Assembly: GCA_018260315.1 (NCBI GenBank)
Contig: JAGLBJ010000001.1
Span: 42,420-106,419 of the forward strand
DNA: 64,000 nucleotides
Source: Moraxellaceae bacterium
Lineage (GTDB): Bacteria > Pseudomonadota > Gammaproteobacteria > Pseudomonadales > Moraxellaceae
Direction: 5' to 3'
Positions 19,773 through 29,349 of the stretch are shown in pieces; position 1 is the first letter of the stretch, and each line of letters opens with the position of its first letter. The position numbers and the translations under genes are program-made. Under the pieces are notes generated by a model that was given only the letters and a program-made list of their open reading frames with translations, searched no databases and was not told the origin of the DNA.

Positions 19773-20984
19773 TTAACGTTTTTGTTGACGATTTAAAAAA
19801 TCCTGAATACTGACCGACGCCGGGCGCGGTGCTGGCTGGGCAGGGGCTGGCGTTGGTGCAACCTCCGCCACAACAGGCGGCGTTGTCCGGCGGGTAATTG
19901 CGGGCTCTTCGTCGGCAATTGGCATGGACGGCGTCTGGGGTATATGCGCACTGCCATACTGGGCTGCTGACACCGTCGGAACCCCTGCCGGTGCTGCATT
20001 TTCGTTGCGGCTTAGGCCTGTAGCAATTACGGTTACATGTAATTCATCTTTTAATGTAGGATCAGTCACCGTACCATAAATAACTTGGCCGTGTTCCATA
20101 TCGGCTATCTGCTCAACAATATCGGCAACCCGTTGAATTTCATTTAGTTTAAGATCTTCCGAACTCTTAATATTAATAATAATGCCCTTCGCATCGCGCA
20201 AGCAAATGTTATCCAGTAACGGGCTGCGAATTGCCGCTTCGGCCGCCTGACGCGCACGGTCTTCACCACGGCCAATCCCCATGCCCATCATGGCATAACC
20301 GCGTGAACTCATGGTGGTTTTCAAATCGGCAAAGTCCAGATTCCATGAGCCGGGTACGGTAATTAATTCATGAATACTGCGCACTGCATTAAGCAACACA
20401 TCATCAGCTTTTTTAAGCGCATCATTTTTGGTTAATTCGCCATAAATATCCAGCAGCTTTTGATTAGGAATAATAATCAACGAGTCGACATGTTCGGATA
20501 ATGCCTCAATGCCCTTTTCGGCCGATTTAATGCGCCGGCGACCTTCAAAATCAAACGGGGTGGTGACCACGGCTACAGTTAAAATACCCATTTCCTTGGC
20601 AATTTCAGCAATCACAGGCGCGGCTCCGGTCCCGGTTCCTCCGCCCATGCCAGCAGTGATAAACGCCATATCCATGCCGGTCAAATATTGCCGAATCGAA
20701 TCGCGTTCTTCTTCTGCTGCGGTACGGCCAACGTCGGGATTTGCGCCAGCTCCAAGGCCGCGAGTACTTTGAACGCCTAACTGTAACTTGATCGGCGCTG
20801 ACATATGCGCTAACGCCTGACTGTCAGTATTGGCACAGACAAAGTTTACGTCACTTACGCCCGATTGCACCATGTGCTCAACCGCATTACCGCCGCCGCC
20901 GCCAACCCCAAACACGATAAACGTTGCCGGAGTGCTGTCTTTATTGTTGGTTTTTGGTTCAATCATACGTAACACGGGTTCCAT
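19773..20984 (-). CDS. ftsZ: Cell division protein FtsZ
   Basis: FIVFGVGGGGGNAVEHM and GMGGGTGTGAAPVIA are tubulin signatures. The ORF-track ORF starts at GTG 20996. I prefer ATG 20984, which follows GGAG by 6 nt. Confidence 0.95.
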   Translation of the reverse strand: MEPVLRMIEPKTNNKDSTPATFIVFGVGGGGGNAVEHMVQSGVSDVNFVCANTDSQALAHMSAPIKLQLGVQSTRGLGAGANPDVGRTAAEEERDSIRQYLTGMDMAFITAGMGGGTGTGAAPVIAEIAKEMGILTVAVVTTPFDFEGRRRIKSAEKGIEALSEHVDSLIIIPNQKLLDIYGELTKNDALKKADDVLLNAVRSIHELITVPGSWNLDFADLKTTMSSRGYAMMGMGIGRGEDRARQAAEAAIRSPLLDNICLRDAKGIIINIKSSEDLKLNEIQRVADIVEQIADMEHGQVIYGTVTDPTLKDELHVTVIATGLSRNENAAPAGVPTVSAAQYGSAHIPQTPSMPIADEEPAITRRTTPPVVAEVAPTPAPAQPAPRPASVSIQDFLNRQQKR

Positions 20985-21161
20985 GGTTTTCTCCACCCAA
21001 AACAGTAAAATAACAGTAAAAATTCTGATGATGCAGCCTGCTATCCCTGTTCCAATCTGTCAAGTACTGAACACTTTATAGCCAATGCAAAGTGTTAAAA
21101 TTTATTTCAGGTTATCAAGCGTTTGTTGTCAAGTAGGCCTAATCTAAGCTTTCAAGGCCCG

Positions 21162-22424
21162 TTAGACCAATTGTTTTAAGCGCTCAATCAACCATTGAAA
21201 CGGCCGCAATACTCGAAGTGGCGGCCCTTCAGCATGAATAACCTGCCCCGATTCACTTAAACGCTGCTCACTTTGACTATATAATAATAAACCCGCAGCC
21301 GTATCATAACCAGGCTGAGACAGCATATCGCGGCGCACAGGGTCGCTCGTGGTTAAAACACTTTGCGTACTAGCCATATGCACAGGCAGACCTAAAAAAT
21401 GCCGCGCCAGACTGGTCATGCCTTCAATTTGACAGGCTTCGCCGCTTAGGACATAACCGCGCTGCAACAGCCCGATCGCGCCCGACTCTTCAAGCACGGT
21501 ATACACCTGTTGCAAAATTTCCTCATAGCGTGCAATGATGATATCGGCCAGTTCCAGGCGACTTAACGTTAAATCGGGCATATGCCCTGTGCTGGCAATA
21601 CGTATAAGTTGCTCAGGCTTAATGCTGGCCCGATCTACGCTGCCGTATTTTAATTTAAATATTTCGGCTTGGTCATAGCTGGTTTTTAGCACCGCAGCAA
21701 TATCGCGCGTTACCTGGTCGCCGCCCACGCTTAAGGTATGACTCAACACCAGACGATTTTCACCGTATACATTAATGTTGGTTGTACCCGCACCAATATC
21801 GACCAAACAGATACCCTGTTCACGTTCCTCAGGCAGCAGTGCCCGCTCAGCTGTAGCCAAACTGGCAATAATCATTCGCTCAATGCCAATCCCCGCTCCT
21901 TTCATGGCGCGTTCCAGGGTTTGCATGGTATCAATCGGCAAAAACATTAAGTGATAATGACCCGTAATACTGCTGGCGCTAATGCCCACGGGGTGCTCAA
22001 CCCAATCCCCCTGCCCGTTGATGGCAATGCCTTGCAATACATTATTAATCAGATAATGGTCGGGCAGGGAATATTGGCTTTTTGCCATCTCAAGTGTCCG
22101 TACGAGCTCCGTCGTGTTAACCACCTGTTCCAGTACTGCCGTTTGACCCATGGCATTAAAACTTTTAAGCTCCGGGCTCGGAATGCCCACCCAAGCGGTA
22201 TGAATGCGACAATCTGCCATCTCTTCGGCTTGCGCGACGGCTTCTTTGATGGCGGCGATGACCTTATCCATATTTTGGATAATGCCACGCTGCATTCCAC
22301 GATTAGGCGCATAGGCAATGCCCGTCACTTCAATGCGCTCAGAAGAATGCACGCGCCCCACCAGCACCGATACTTTCGATGTGCCAATATCTATGGCCAC
22401 AATGCTCGAAATGCTGTCTGTCAT
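21162..22424 (-). CDS. ftsA: Cell division protein FtsA
   Basis: 420 aa. VAIDIGTSKVSVLVG is the actin-like ATPase N-terminus. C-terminal amphipathic helix. Sits between ftsQ and ftsZ. Confidence 0.93.
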   Translation of the reverse strand: MTDSISSIVAIDIGTSKVSVLVGRVHSSERIEVTGIAYAPNRGMQRGIIQNMDKVIAAIKEAVAQAEEMADCRIHTAWVGIPSPELKSFNAMGQTAVLEQVVNTTELVRTLEMAKSQYSLPDHYLINNVLQGIAINGQGDWVEHPVGISASSITGHYHLMFLPIDTMQTLERAMKGAGIGIERMIIASLATAERALLPEEREQGICLVDIGAGTTNINVYGENRLVLSHTLSVGGDQVTRDIAAVLKTSYDQAEIFKLKYGSVDRASIKPEQLIRIASTGHMPDLTLSRLELADIIIARYEEILQQVYTVLEESGAIGLLQRGYVLSGEACQIEGMTSLARHFLGLPVHMASTQSVLTTSDPVRRDMLSQPGYDTAAGLLLYSQSEQRLSESGQVIHAEGPPLRVLRPFQWLIERLKQLV

Positions 22425-22535
22425 GTAAACGTCCTTGGTAACGGGCTTTTAAATTATGTCCTGTTTAAAAACAGGAAAACTTGCAGCAATAGTGATGGCT
22501 ATTTTGCACCATTTTTAAGTGTATTGCATGTGTTT

Positions 22536-23558
22536 TTAATCGGGCTTCGGCGCTTTTTTAACGGTATGTGATGAGGGTTTCGGTTGCCCTGTATGCTTGA
22601 CCGCTTGGGACGGTTTAGCCTTGATGGGTAATGATTTTGTCGATTTAACAGCAGTTTTTAACAAGGCTTTAGGCGTTTTAAGAGCTGGCTTTTGCGAGGA
22701 TTGTTTATTATCCGTGGTGACTTGCTGTACCTGAACAATGCGACCGTTATCGATTAACGGCATGTAACCGTTTTGCCACTGAAGCGCCAGGCCGTTACGA
22801 TAGCGCAAATCGGCTACCGCAATTTTTGACCAGTACGGCGCCAAACTACCGGCTGCGACCTGCTCTAATCGTTTGATTTTATCGGTGGTCTGTTCCTGGT
22901 CTACAATCATGCGCTGATAATTAGAAAACTGTACAAACCAGGTCATACGGTCCGTTAAATGGAGTTCCTTAACGCGCATTTTTAAGGGTTCAAAAATTTG
23001 ATTGATAGTTAAATACTGCTGCATGATGGCATTATGCTGGCTGTATGGCCCATATAAAATAGGTAAATCGGGGTGGGATTTAGGCTCAGCTTCGGTAAAA
23101 ACAGCGCCTTGGTCACTGAGCAAACGGCCACTTCCCCATTGCGCAATGGCATGATGCGACACCACCCGCACTAAAATACCATCGGGCCAAAACCGGCTAA
23201 CAGTCACATGCTGCACCCATGGCAGGGTTAAGGCTGCATCGCGTAAGCTCAATAAATCGGTGGTAAAGTAGCCTTGAGTGATCAATGGGCTGACGTGTTG
23301 CTCGACCTGCTGTTGTTCAATAGGGTTTAAATCGCCTTGAATATGAATTTGGGCAATCGGGGCATGCCGAATTAAATTCCAGACCGTCCACACCAGTATG
23401 CCACATACCGCCAATGCCAGCAGTAACATGGCCCAACTGCTCCACGTCGCCAAACGCTCACCCCAGCTTTGACCAGGCTGTAATATCTCAGTCACAGGGT
23501 CTGACGGCTCAGGCGTAACACGACGTTTAGGGCGCAAGTAAGCGGGCAATTCTGCCAT
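22536..23558 (-). CDS. ftsQ: Cell division protein FtsQ with a Lys/Pro-rich C-terminal tail
   Basis: 340 aa. One TM helix (WAMLLLALAVCGILVWTVW), then POTRA and FtsQ domains. Sits at the ddl-ftsQ-ftsA position. About 60 aa of basic low-complexity tail. Confidence 0.85.
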   Translation of the reverse strand: MAELPAYLRPKRRVTPEPSDPVTEILQPGQSWGERLATWSSWAMLLLALAVCGILVWTVWNLIRHAPIAQIHIQGDLNPIEQQQVEQHVSPLITQGYFTTDLLSLRDAALTLPWVQHVTVSRFWPDGILVRVVSHHAIAQWGSGRLLSDQGAVFTEAEPKSHPDLPILYGPYSQHNAIMQQYLTINQIFEPLKMRVKELHLTDRMTWFVQFSNYQRMIVDQEQTTDKIKRLEQVAAGSLAPYWSKIAVADLRYRNGLALQWQNGYMPLIDNGRIVQVQQVTTDNKQSSQKPALKTPKALLKTAVKSTKSLPIKAKPSQAVKHTGQPKPSSHTVKKAPKPD

Positions 23559-23601
23559 AATCAGGGGTTGTCCTTGCTAAAATGCGTGCCTGCTATATGG
23601 A

Positions 23602-24606
23602 TCATGCAGTTGCGGTCAGTGTTTGGGCCAAAATGGCACGGCATAAGGCGGCAAACTCCAGTCCGATAGCGCGTGCAGCCTTAGGCACTAGGCTATGGTC
23701 GGTCATTCCGGGCACGGTATTGATTTCCAATAACCAAAACTGACCCTCTTCGTCCTGCATGGCATCAATGCGCCCCCAGCCCTGAGCACCAACAGCAGCA
23801 AAGGCTTGTTCAGAGAGTTGCTGCAAGGCCGTTTCTTCAGCTTCGGTTAAGCCACAGGGGATACCATACGTGGTGTCGTTGCGTAAATACTTGGCTTTAT
23901 AATCATAAAACGCCACATCTTTAGGCGGTTCTAGGCGAATCACCGGCAGTGCCTTGCCATTTAAAATAACGATGGTAAATTCACGGCCTTTAATCCATTG
24001 TTCCGCCATCACCATGGCATCATGTTGACCGGCCAGCTTAACCGCATCTGCCAAATCTTCCAGGCGGTCTACTTTACTCATGCCAATGCTTGAGCCTTCG
24101 CGTACCGGTTTAATCATCAATGGAAAACCTAACCGATTGGCTACGTCCTGTAAATCGGAGTCGGCCGTTAATGAACAAAATTGTGCAGTCGGCAGGTTGC
24201 AGCCCTGCCAGAGTTGTTTGGTGCGGGCTTTATCCATGCCTAATGCCGATGCCATGACGCCCGACCCTGTATAGGGTACGTTAAGCCATTGCAGCACACC
24301 CTGAATTTGCCCATCTTCCCCGCCCCGCCCGTGCAACACAATAAACGCCCGGTCAAATGCTTTTAAATCGGCAATAGAACGTTCAGCCGGATCGAACGCC
24401 ACAGCGTCTATGCCTTGTTGCTGTAGCGCAGCTAATACAGCCTGACCACTATTTAGAGATACTTCACGCTCAGCCGACCTGCCCCCTAACAGAACTGCCA
24501 CTTTTCCAAACTGCGCGTTCTCAATCGACGACGCATTTAATTGGGCCAGTAAAGCGCTTGCGGCAGGTTGTTGCCAAGCCGCCAATGTGTCAGATAACGT
24601 ACTCAT
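23602..24606 (-). CDS. ddl: D-alanine--D-alanine ligase
   Basis: [22 protein letters not shown] ... ATP-grasp ... [15 protein letters not shown]. The ORF-track start is 24618. ATG 24606 has a GAGG Shine-Dalgarno 6 nt upstream. Confidence 0.92.
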   Translation of the reverse strand: MSTLSDTLAAWQQPAASALLAQLNASSIENAQFGKVAVLLGGRSAEREVSLNSGQAVLAALQQQGIDAVAFDPAERSIADLKAFDRAFIVLHGRGGEDGQIQGVLQWLNVPYTGSGVMASALGMDKARTKQLWQGCNLPTAQFCSLTADSDLQDVANRLGFPLMIKPVREGSSIGMSKVDRLEDLADAVKLAGQHDAMVMAEQWIKGREFTIVILNGKALPVIRLEPPKDVAFYDYKAKYLRNDTTYGIPCGLTEAEETALQQLSEQAFAAVGAQGWGRIDAMQDEEGQFWLLEINTVPGMTDHSLVPKAARAIGLEFAALCRAILAQTLTATA

Positions 24607-24702
24607 GCTGTGCCTCATAGTTTAAAAGGGTCTAAAAATCGCTATCGAAAAGCGTTAGCATAAACAGATAAACGTTTTAATACTCAATATCCATACAAAA
24701 CG

Positions 24703-26193
24703 CTAAATAAGACTCGGTTCAGGTTGTAAATACAAACTATGCTGAGCCAACTCTACAGAAATAGTCCCTACATTGCCTGCACCTTGCGTCAACAGCACAT
24801 CGCCGGCTTTTAACACCTGGCGTAAGGTTTGCGGCAAATGACCCTCAACGGGATCGACCAAAATAGGCTCCACTGCACCGCGTAACCGAATACTGCGGGC
24901 CAGACTTCGACTATCGGCGCCTACAATCGGCTTTTCGCCAGCAGAATAAACCTCCAGCAATAACAACACATCGACGGTCGAGAGCACTTCTACAAAATCA
25001 TCAAAACAATCACGTGTGCGGCTATAACGATGCGGCTGAAACAACATCACTAAACGGCGGTCAGGGTGACTTTGCCGCATGGCGCGAATGGTTGCCTCAA
25101 CTTCGCGCGGGTGGTGTCCATAATCATCAATTAATTTAACGGTTTGTGGCACGTCTGATCCTTCGGTCAATGCTTGAGATTTAAACGGAAATTCGCCTTG
25201 AATCTGAAAACGCCGTCCGACACCGCTAAAACCTTCCAAAGCACGGGCAATCGCTGCATCTGATACCCCTTCATCAGTTGCAATACCAATCGCTGCCAGC
25301 GCATTCAAGACATTATGCAGCCCCGGAATGCTTAACGTCACCGTAAGCGGCGCGTGCTCTTTACGCAATACCGTAAAACGCGTTTGCATACCCAGTTGTT
25401 CAACATTGATGGCGCGAATATCGTTTTGCTCGTTAAACCCGTAGGTAATCACCGAACGTCCAATACGCGGCAATAACTCTTGAATCACCGGATCATCGCC
25501 ACACATCACGGCCAAACCATAAAACGGCAAACGATGCAAAAACTGGATAAACGTATCTTTTAAGACTTCAAAACTACCACCGTATGTGTCCATATGGTCG
25601 GCATCAATGTTGGTAACAATAGCCGCCATGGGCTCAAGATACAAAAATGATGCATCACTTTCATCAGCCTCGGCTACCAAATAACGACTCGCGCCCAATG
25701 CTGCATTGGTACCGGTTCGATTCAGCAAGCCGCCAATGACATACGTCGGGTCAAGACCTTCTTCATCAAGCATGCAGGTTAACAAACTCGTGGTGGTGGT
25801 TTTGCCGTGGGTACCCGCCACTGCAATACCGTGCCGATAACGCATTAGTTCCCCCAGCATTTCGGCGCGGCGTACTACAGGCATGTGTTTGGCATTAGCA
25901 GCCTGGATTTCGGGATTTTCGGCATCAATGGCGGTAGAGACGACCAGCACGTCGGCGCCTTCGATATTTTCGGCTCGGTGGCCGATAAAAATATCGATGC
26001 CCATGCTTTTAAGGCGCTCGGTATTCTTGCTTATTTTTAAATCCGAGCCTGAAATAGCATACCCCTGATTTTTAAGCACTTCGGCAATACCGCACATGCC
26101 TGCGCCACCAATGCCGATAAAATGAATCCTCCGAATGCGTCGCATTTCAGGAATTTCAAGCAAACGATGGCTTGGTTTTGGCACAGCAGACAT
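24703..26193 (-). CDS. murC: UDP-N-acetylmuramate--L-alanine ligase
   Basis: [18 protein letters not shown] and [14 protein letters not shown] are Mur ligase motifs. The ORF-track start (26211) is TTG. ATG 26193 has GGAG 7 nt upstream. Confidence 0.93.
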   Translation of the reverse strand: MSAVPKPSHRLLEIPEMRRIRRIHFIGIGGAGMCGIAEVLKNQGYAISGSDLKISKNTERLKSMGIDIFIGHRAENIEGADVLVVSTAIDAENPEIQAANAKHMPVVRRAEMLGELMRYRHGIAVAGTHGKTTTTSLLTCMLDEEGLDPTYVIGGLLNRTGTNAALGASRYLVAEADESDASFLYLEPMAAIVTNIDADHMDTYGGSFEVLKDTFIQFLHRLPFYGLAVMCGDDPVIQELLPRIGRSVITYGFNEQNDIRAINVEQLGMQTRFTVLRKEHAPLTVTLSIPGLHNVLNALAAIGIATDEGVSDAAIARALEGFSGVGRRFQIQGEFPFKSQALTEGSDVPQTVKLIDDYGHHPREVEATIRAMRQSHPDRRLVMLFQPHRYSRTRDCFDDFVEVLSTVDVLLLLEVYSAGEKPIVGADSRSLARSIRLRGAVEPILVDPVEGHLPQTLRQVLKAGDVLLTQGAGNVGTISVELAQHSLYLQPEPSLI

Positions 26194-26695
26194 GAACACA
26201 CTCCGAAGCAATTTTTAAACACCATAAAGACGCTGTACTCGATGGCACAGGCCGGTAAATTTTAAGGCAGTTTAGGCGAATTGTCTTTAAAAATTCATGA
26301 ATTTGTCTAAAAAACTAAATCTTTTAAAGCATTAGTGGCAAGTTCTATAAAAAAAGCGTTCGTTTTAATAAAAAGAGGGCATTTTTAAATTAAAGTATTA
26401 ACTGGCATATGGATTTTAAATCGGGTCAGAAAATGTTATAGACCTTTACCCGTTTCTCTGGTGAAACTAATCAGCCAGCCCTAGGTAAAAGTCTGATGAA
26501 AACCTAAATTAAAATACTAACCAAGCCAAATATCAAGTCAAGTCTATAACAATCTTTTCAAAAGAGCCAAAGACCGTATAAATCTTTTGGAAATCGGAAA
26601 AAGCTGAGTTTATCAAAGATAATTTTTTATTCAAAATCAAAAAATTAACTCTTAAAACCTCAACAAAATCAAGATGTGATGATAACATTAAGCCT

Positions 26696-27793
26696 TTAAC
26701 AACTTAAAATAATGTCCGTCACTTGTCGGGTCGCATGGGGCATGGCTAGGGCACGGGCTTTTTGGGCCATTTCCAAACGTGTCTGGGGATTTAATAGGGG
26801 TTGTAATAATGCTGCCAAACGTTCCGGGGTTAAGGTTGATTGCGGACACAAAATAGCCGCGCCACTGTCGGCCAGATATCGAGCGTTTGCGGTTTGATGG
26901 TCATCGACGGCGCTGGGCAACGGCACAAATACAGCAGCAACGCCGACCGTTGCCACTTCGGTCACGGTTAAGGCGCCCGCCCGACAAATGAGCACGTCAG
27001 TTGCGGCATAGGCACCGGCCATATCATCAATAAAGGCGACGACGTGCGCTGTTTGATGACGTTGTAAACTCGTCTGATAGCGCTGCTGTGTGGCTTCAAG
27101 CTGCGCCTGCCCGCACTGGTGAATAATATCCAGCGGCACATTTAGGAGAGTCAGGGCACTGGGCACCCGTTCATTTAAAACCTGCGCCCCAAGCGACCCG
27201 CCGATGACTAAAATTTTAAGGGAGTCCGTTCGATTCGGCAAACGTTCAAGCGGTGGTGCCACCTGGCAAATTTCGGCCCGTACCGGATTACCTGTCGTTT
27301 TAACCTTGGCCTGCTCTGGAAAAGTGCTCGGAAAGGCCTGCAATACATAGCGCGCCACTCTGGCCAGTTGGGTATTCGTAAGCCCTGCAACCGCATTTTG
27401 TTCATGAATAATGAGCGGAATACCCAATAATCGCGCTGCCAATCCGCCCGGCCCGGCAACATAACCGCCAAACCCTGCCACTGCATCAATGTTTAACTGG
27501 CGCATAATCCGCATGGCTGCAAGCACCGCTCCCATAATTTTAAACGGAGCTGCCAACAATCGCCCAATACCATTCCCTCGTACCCCTTGAATATCTATTG
27601 GATAGAGTTTAATGCCGGTTTGAGGCACCAAGCGATGTTCCATACCCTTTAAGGTTGCAAGCCAATGCACCTGCACCCCGTGCGCCTGCAATGCATGCGC
27701 TACCGCCAGTGCCGGAAACACATGCCCGCCTGTGCCTGCTGCCATAATCAGCACATTTTTAATATGATTCGAGGGATTAAGAGGCGTTGTCAT
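26696..27793 (-). CDS. murG: UDP-N-acetylglucosamine--N-acetylmuramyl-(pentapeptide) pyrophosphoryl-undecaprenol GlcNAc transferase
   Basis: 365 aa. VLIMAAGTGGHVFPALAVAHAL is the MurG N-terminal G-loop. Sits upstream of murC. Confidence 0.93.
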   Translation of the reverse strand: MTTPLNPSNHIKNVLIMAAGTGGHVFPALAVAHALQAHGVQVHWLATLKGMEHRLVPQTGIKLYPIDIQGVRGNGIGRLLAAPFKIMGAVLAAMRIMRQLNIDAVAGFGGYVAGPGGLAARLLGIPLIIHEQNAVAGLTNTQLARVARYVLQAFPSTFPEQAKVKTTGNPVRAEICQVAPPLERLPNRTDSLKILVIGGSLGAQVLNERVPSALTLLNVPLDIIHQCGQAQLEATQQRYQTSLQRHQTAHVVAFIDDMAGAYAATDVLICRAGALTVTEVATVGVAAVFVPLPSAVDDHQTANARYLADSGAAILCPQSTLTPERLAALLQPLLNPQTRLEMAQKARALAMPHATRQVTDIILSC

Positions 27794-28001
27794 GAAGGTA
27801 TCCAGTTTTTATGGGGATAAACCTGTATTTTACCGTAAATCGCGCTGTAAAGACCATGCTTAAAACCGGTGCCAATAGAACGATAGACGTTAATGATTTC
27901 CATTTTAGGGGTCAAAACAGCGTGTCGCCGCACGCAAACAGCTTTTTAAGCACCTGTTATGGTAAGATTTAACCACAAACCTTACCAGTCTTACCTTCAT
28001 T

Positions 28002-29264
28002 ATGTTTATGATTATTTCGGGTCATTTAAACCTCTTTCACTCAAAGCATTTACCCTATAGCTTAACGACCGTTCTATCATTTGCAGGACTGCTGCCTGTG
28101 AGCAGTTTTGCCCAAAACAACTTTAACTCGATAACAGCAACGCCTATTGTATTGGAAACTGTGCCCGGCCCTTTAAGTTCGAATACCCTAAATATTGCGA
28201 CAGATAATAACTTGCCGGCTGTGCAATCGGTCATCATTGAGCCTGTACCTGTTCAACCCACAGCAACACAAGCCGCTATAGCAAACAAGGTATCTGTAAT
28301 CTCTGCTGAGGAGCCTACAGGCATTATTGATAAAACCATTCGCTGGGTTGATATTAGCCATGCAGCCACCGAAACCTATTTAAATGCCAAAGCCAGATTT
28401 TTAGATGGTTATTTGGCCGATGCCCCCGCTAGTGATGATGCGCGCGCGCAAGTTCGAGTCCTTTTAGATACAACGTTTGACCGTTACAATCGTCCCAGTA
28501 TAAGCCTGCGGTTACGCGGTAGTCTTAAATTACCCAAAGCCTCCAAACGGTTACGGCTAATGTTTGGAAATGACCAACTAGACGATGAACAACGGGTCGG
28601 CATTGCTACACAAAATGTCGGCTCGCTGAACAACACCTCCATCGTACCCAATCGCTTAGGCCAGCCGGGGCCGTTCGGCAATAGTAATTTGCGTCAGGTA
28701 AACGAACAAGCCTTGCGCGATAATGCCTCCATTGCATTACGCTGGCTTGTACCATGGGCCAAAGTGATTCAGACCAGCGCCGACCTGGGTATACGCTCGA
28801 ACATGGACGTTTATGCGCGGGCGCGGGCCACCAAACATTGGGATTTTCCCACAGAGGATATAAACACCTTTGTCCGACAAACCCTACGCTATGGCAGCCG
28901 TAGCCAACTGTACAGCCGGACCGAATACCAGGTCAATTATCAGCCTGAAAGCGCGCCACTGCTCAGCAATTTAAGTTCCATTACCTATGAAGACGAACAA
29001 AAGCCGTTGGGGTTGCAGTGGGCCAATCAGCTCAGCCGCGAGGAACATTTTTTTAAAGACCATACATTAAGTTACGGGCTCTATGCAGGTGGTCATACGC
29101 GTCATGGCTTAAGTACCGACAGTTACGGGCCCTGGGTGTCATGGCGGCAAAATGCTTTTCGCGACTGGTTTTGGGTACGAACCGATTTGAATTATTTAAA
29201 CGATAAGCTCAATCATCGGCCACATTATTTGTCGTTCTTGTTGCGATTGGAAACCGTATTTTAA
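28002..29264 (+). CDS. Hypothetical outer-membrane beta-barrel candidate
   Basis: 420 aa. Signal-peptide-like LTTVLSFAGLLPVSSFAQ. Alternating hydrophobic pattern in the C-terminal half, ending in ...LRLETVF (aromatic terminal residue typical of BAM substrates). No family recognised. Confidence 0.55.
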   Translation: MFMIISGHLNLFHSKHLPYSLTTVLSFAGLLPVSSFAQNNFNSITATPIVLETVPGPLSSNTLNIATDNNLPAVQSVIIEPVPVQPTATQAAIANKVSVISAEEPTGIIDKTIRWVDISHAATETYLNAKARFLDGYLADAPASDDARAQVRVLLDTTFDRYNRPSISLRLRGSLKLPKASKRLRLMFGNDQLDDEQRVGIATQNVGSLNNTSIVPNRLGQPGPFGNSNLRQVNEQALRDNASIALRWLVPWAKVIQTSADLGIRSNMDVYARARATKHWDFPTEDINTFVRQTLRYGSRSQLYSRTEYQVNYQPESAPLLSNLSSITYEDEQKPLGLQWANQLSREEHFFKDHTLSYGLYAGGHTRHGLSTDSYGPWVSWRQNAFRDWFWVRTDLNYLNDKLNHRPHYLSFLLRLETVF

Positions 29265-29292
29265 TTTTTTTAATAAGTTATAGCTCATAAAA

Positions 29293-29321
29293 AAAACCGC
29301 TATTTTGAAAATAACGGTTTT
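29293..29321. terminator. AT-rich hairpin between convergent genes (candidate bidirectional terminator)
   Basis: aaaaccgctatttt / aaaataacggtttt are imperfect inverted repeats (one mismatch), flanked by an A-run and a T-run. Confidence 0.4.
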
Positions 29322-29349
29322 AAGATACCGACAGGTTTAATGGCTCTGA

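Noticed and set aside
21951-22571. 206-aa plus-strand ORF (plus 21738..21950 and 22049..22318)
   Set aside because: It is antisense or out of frame within ftsA. FtsA identity is unambiguous, so these are shadow ORFs.
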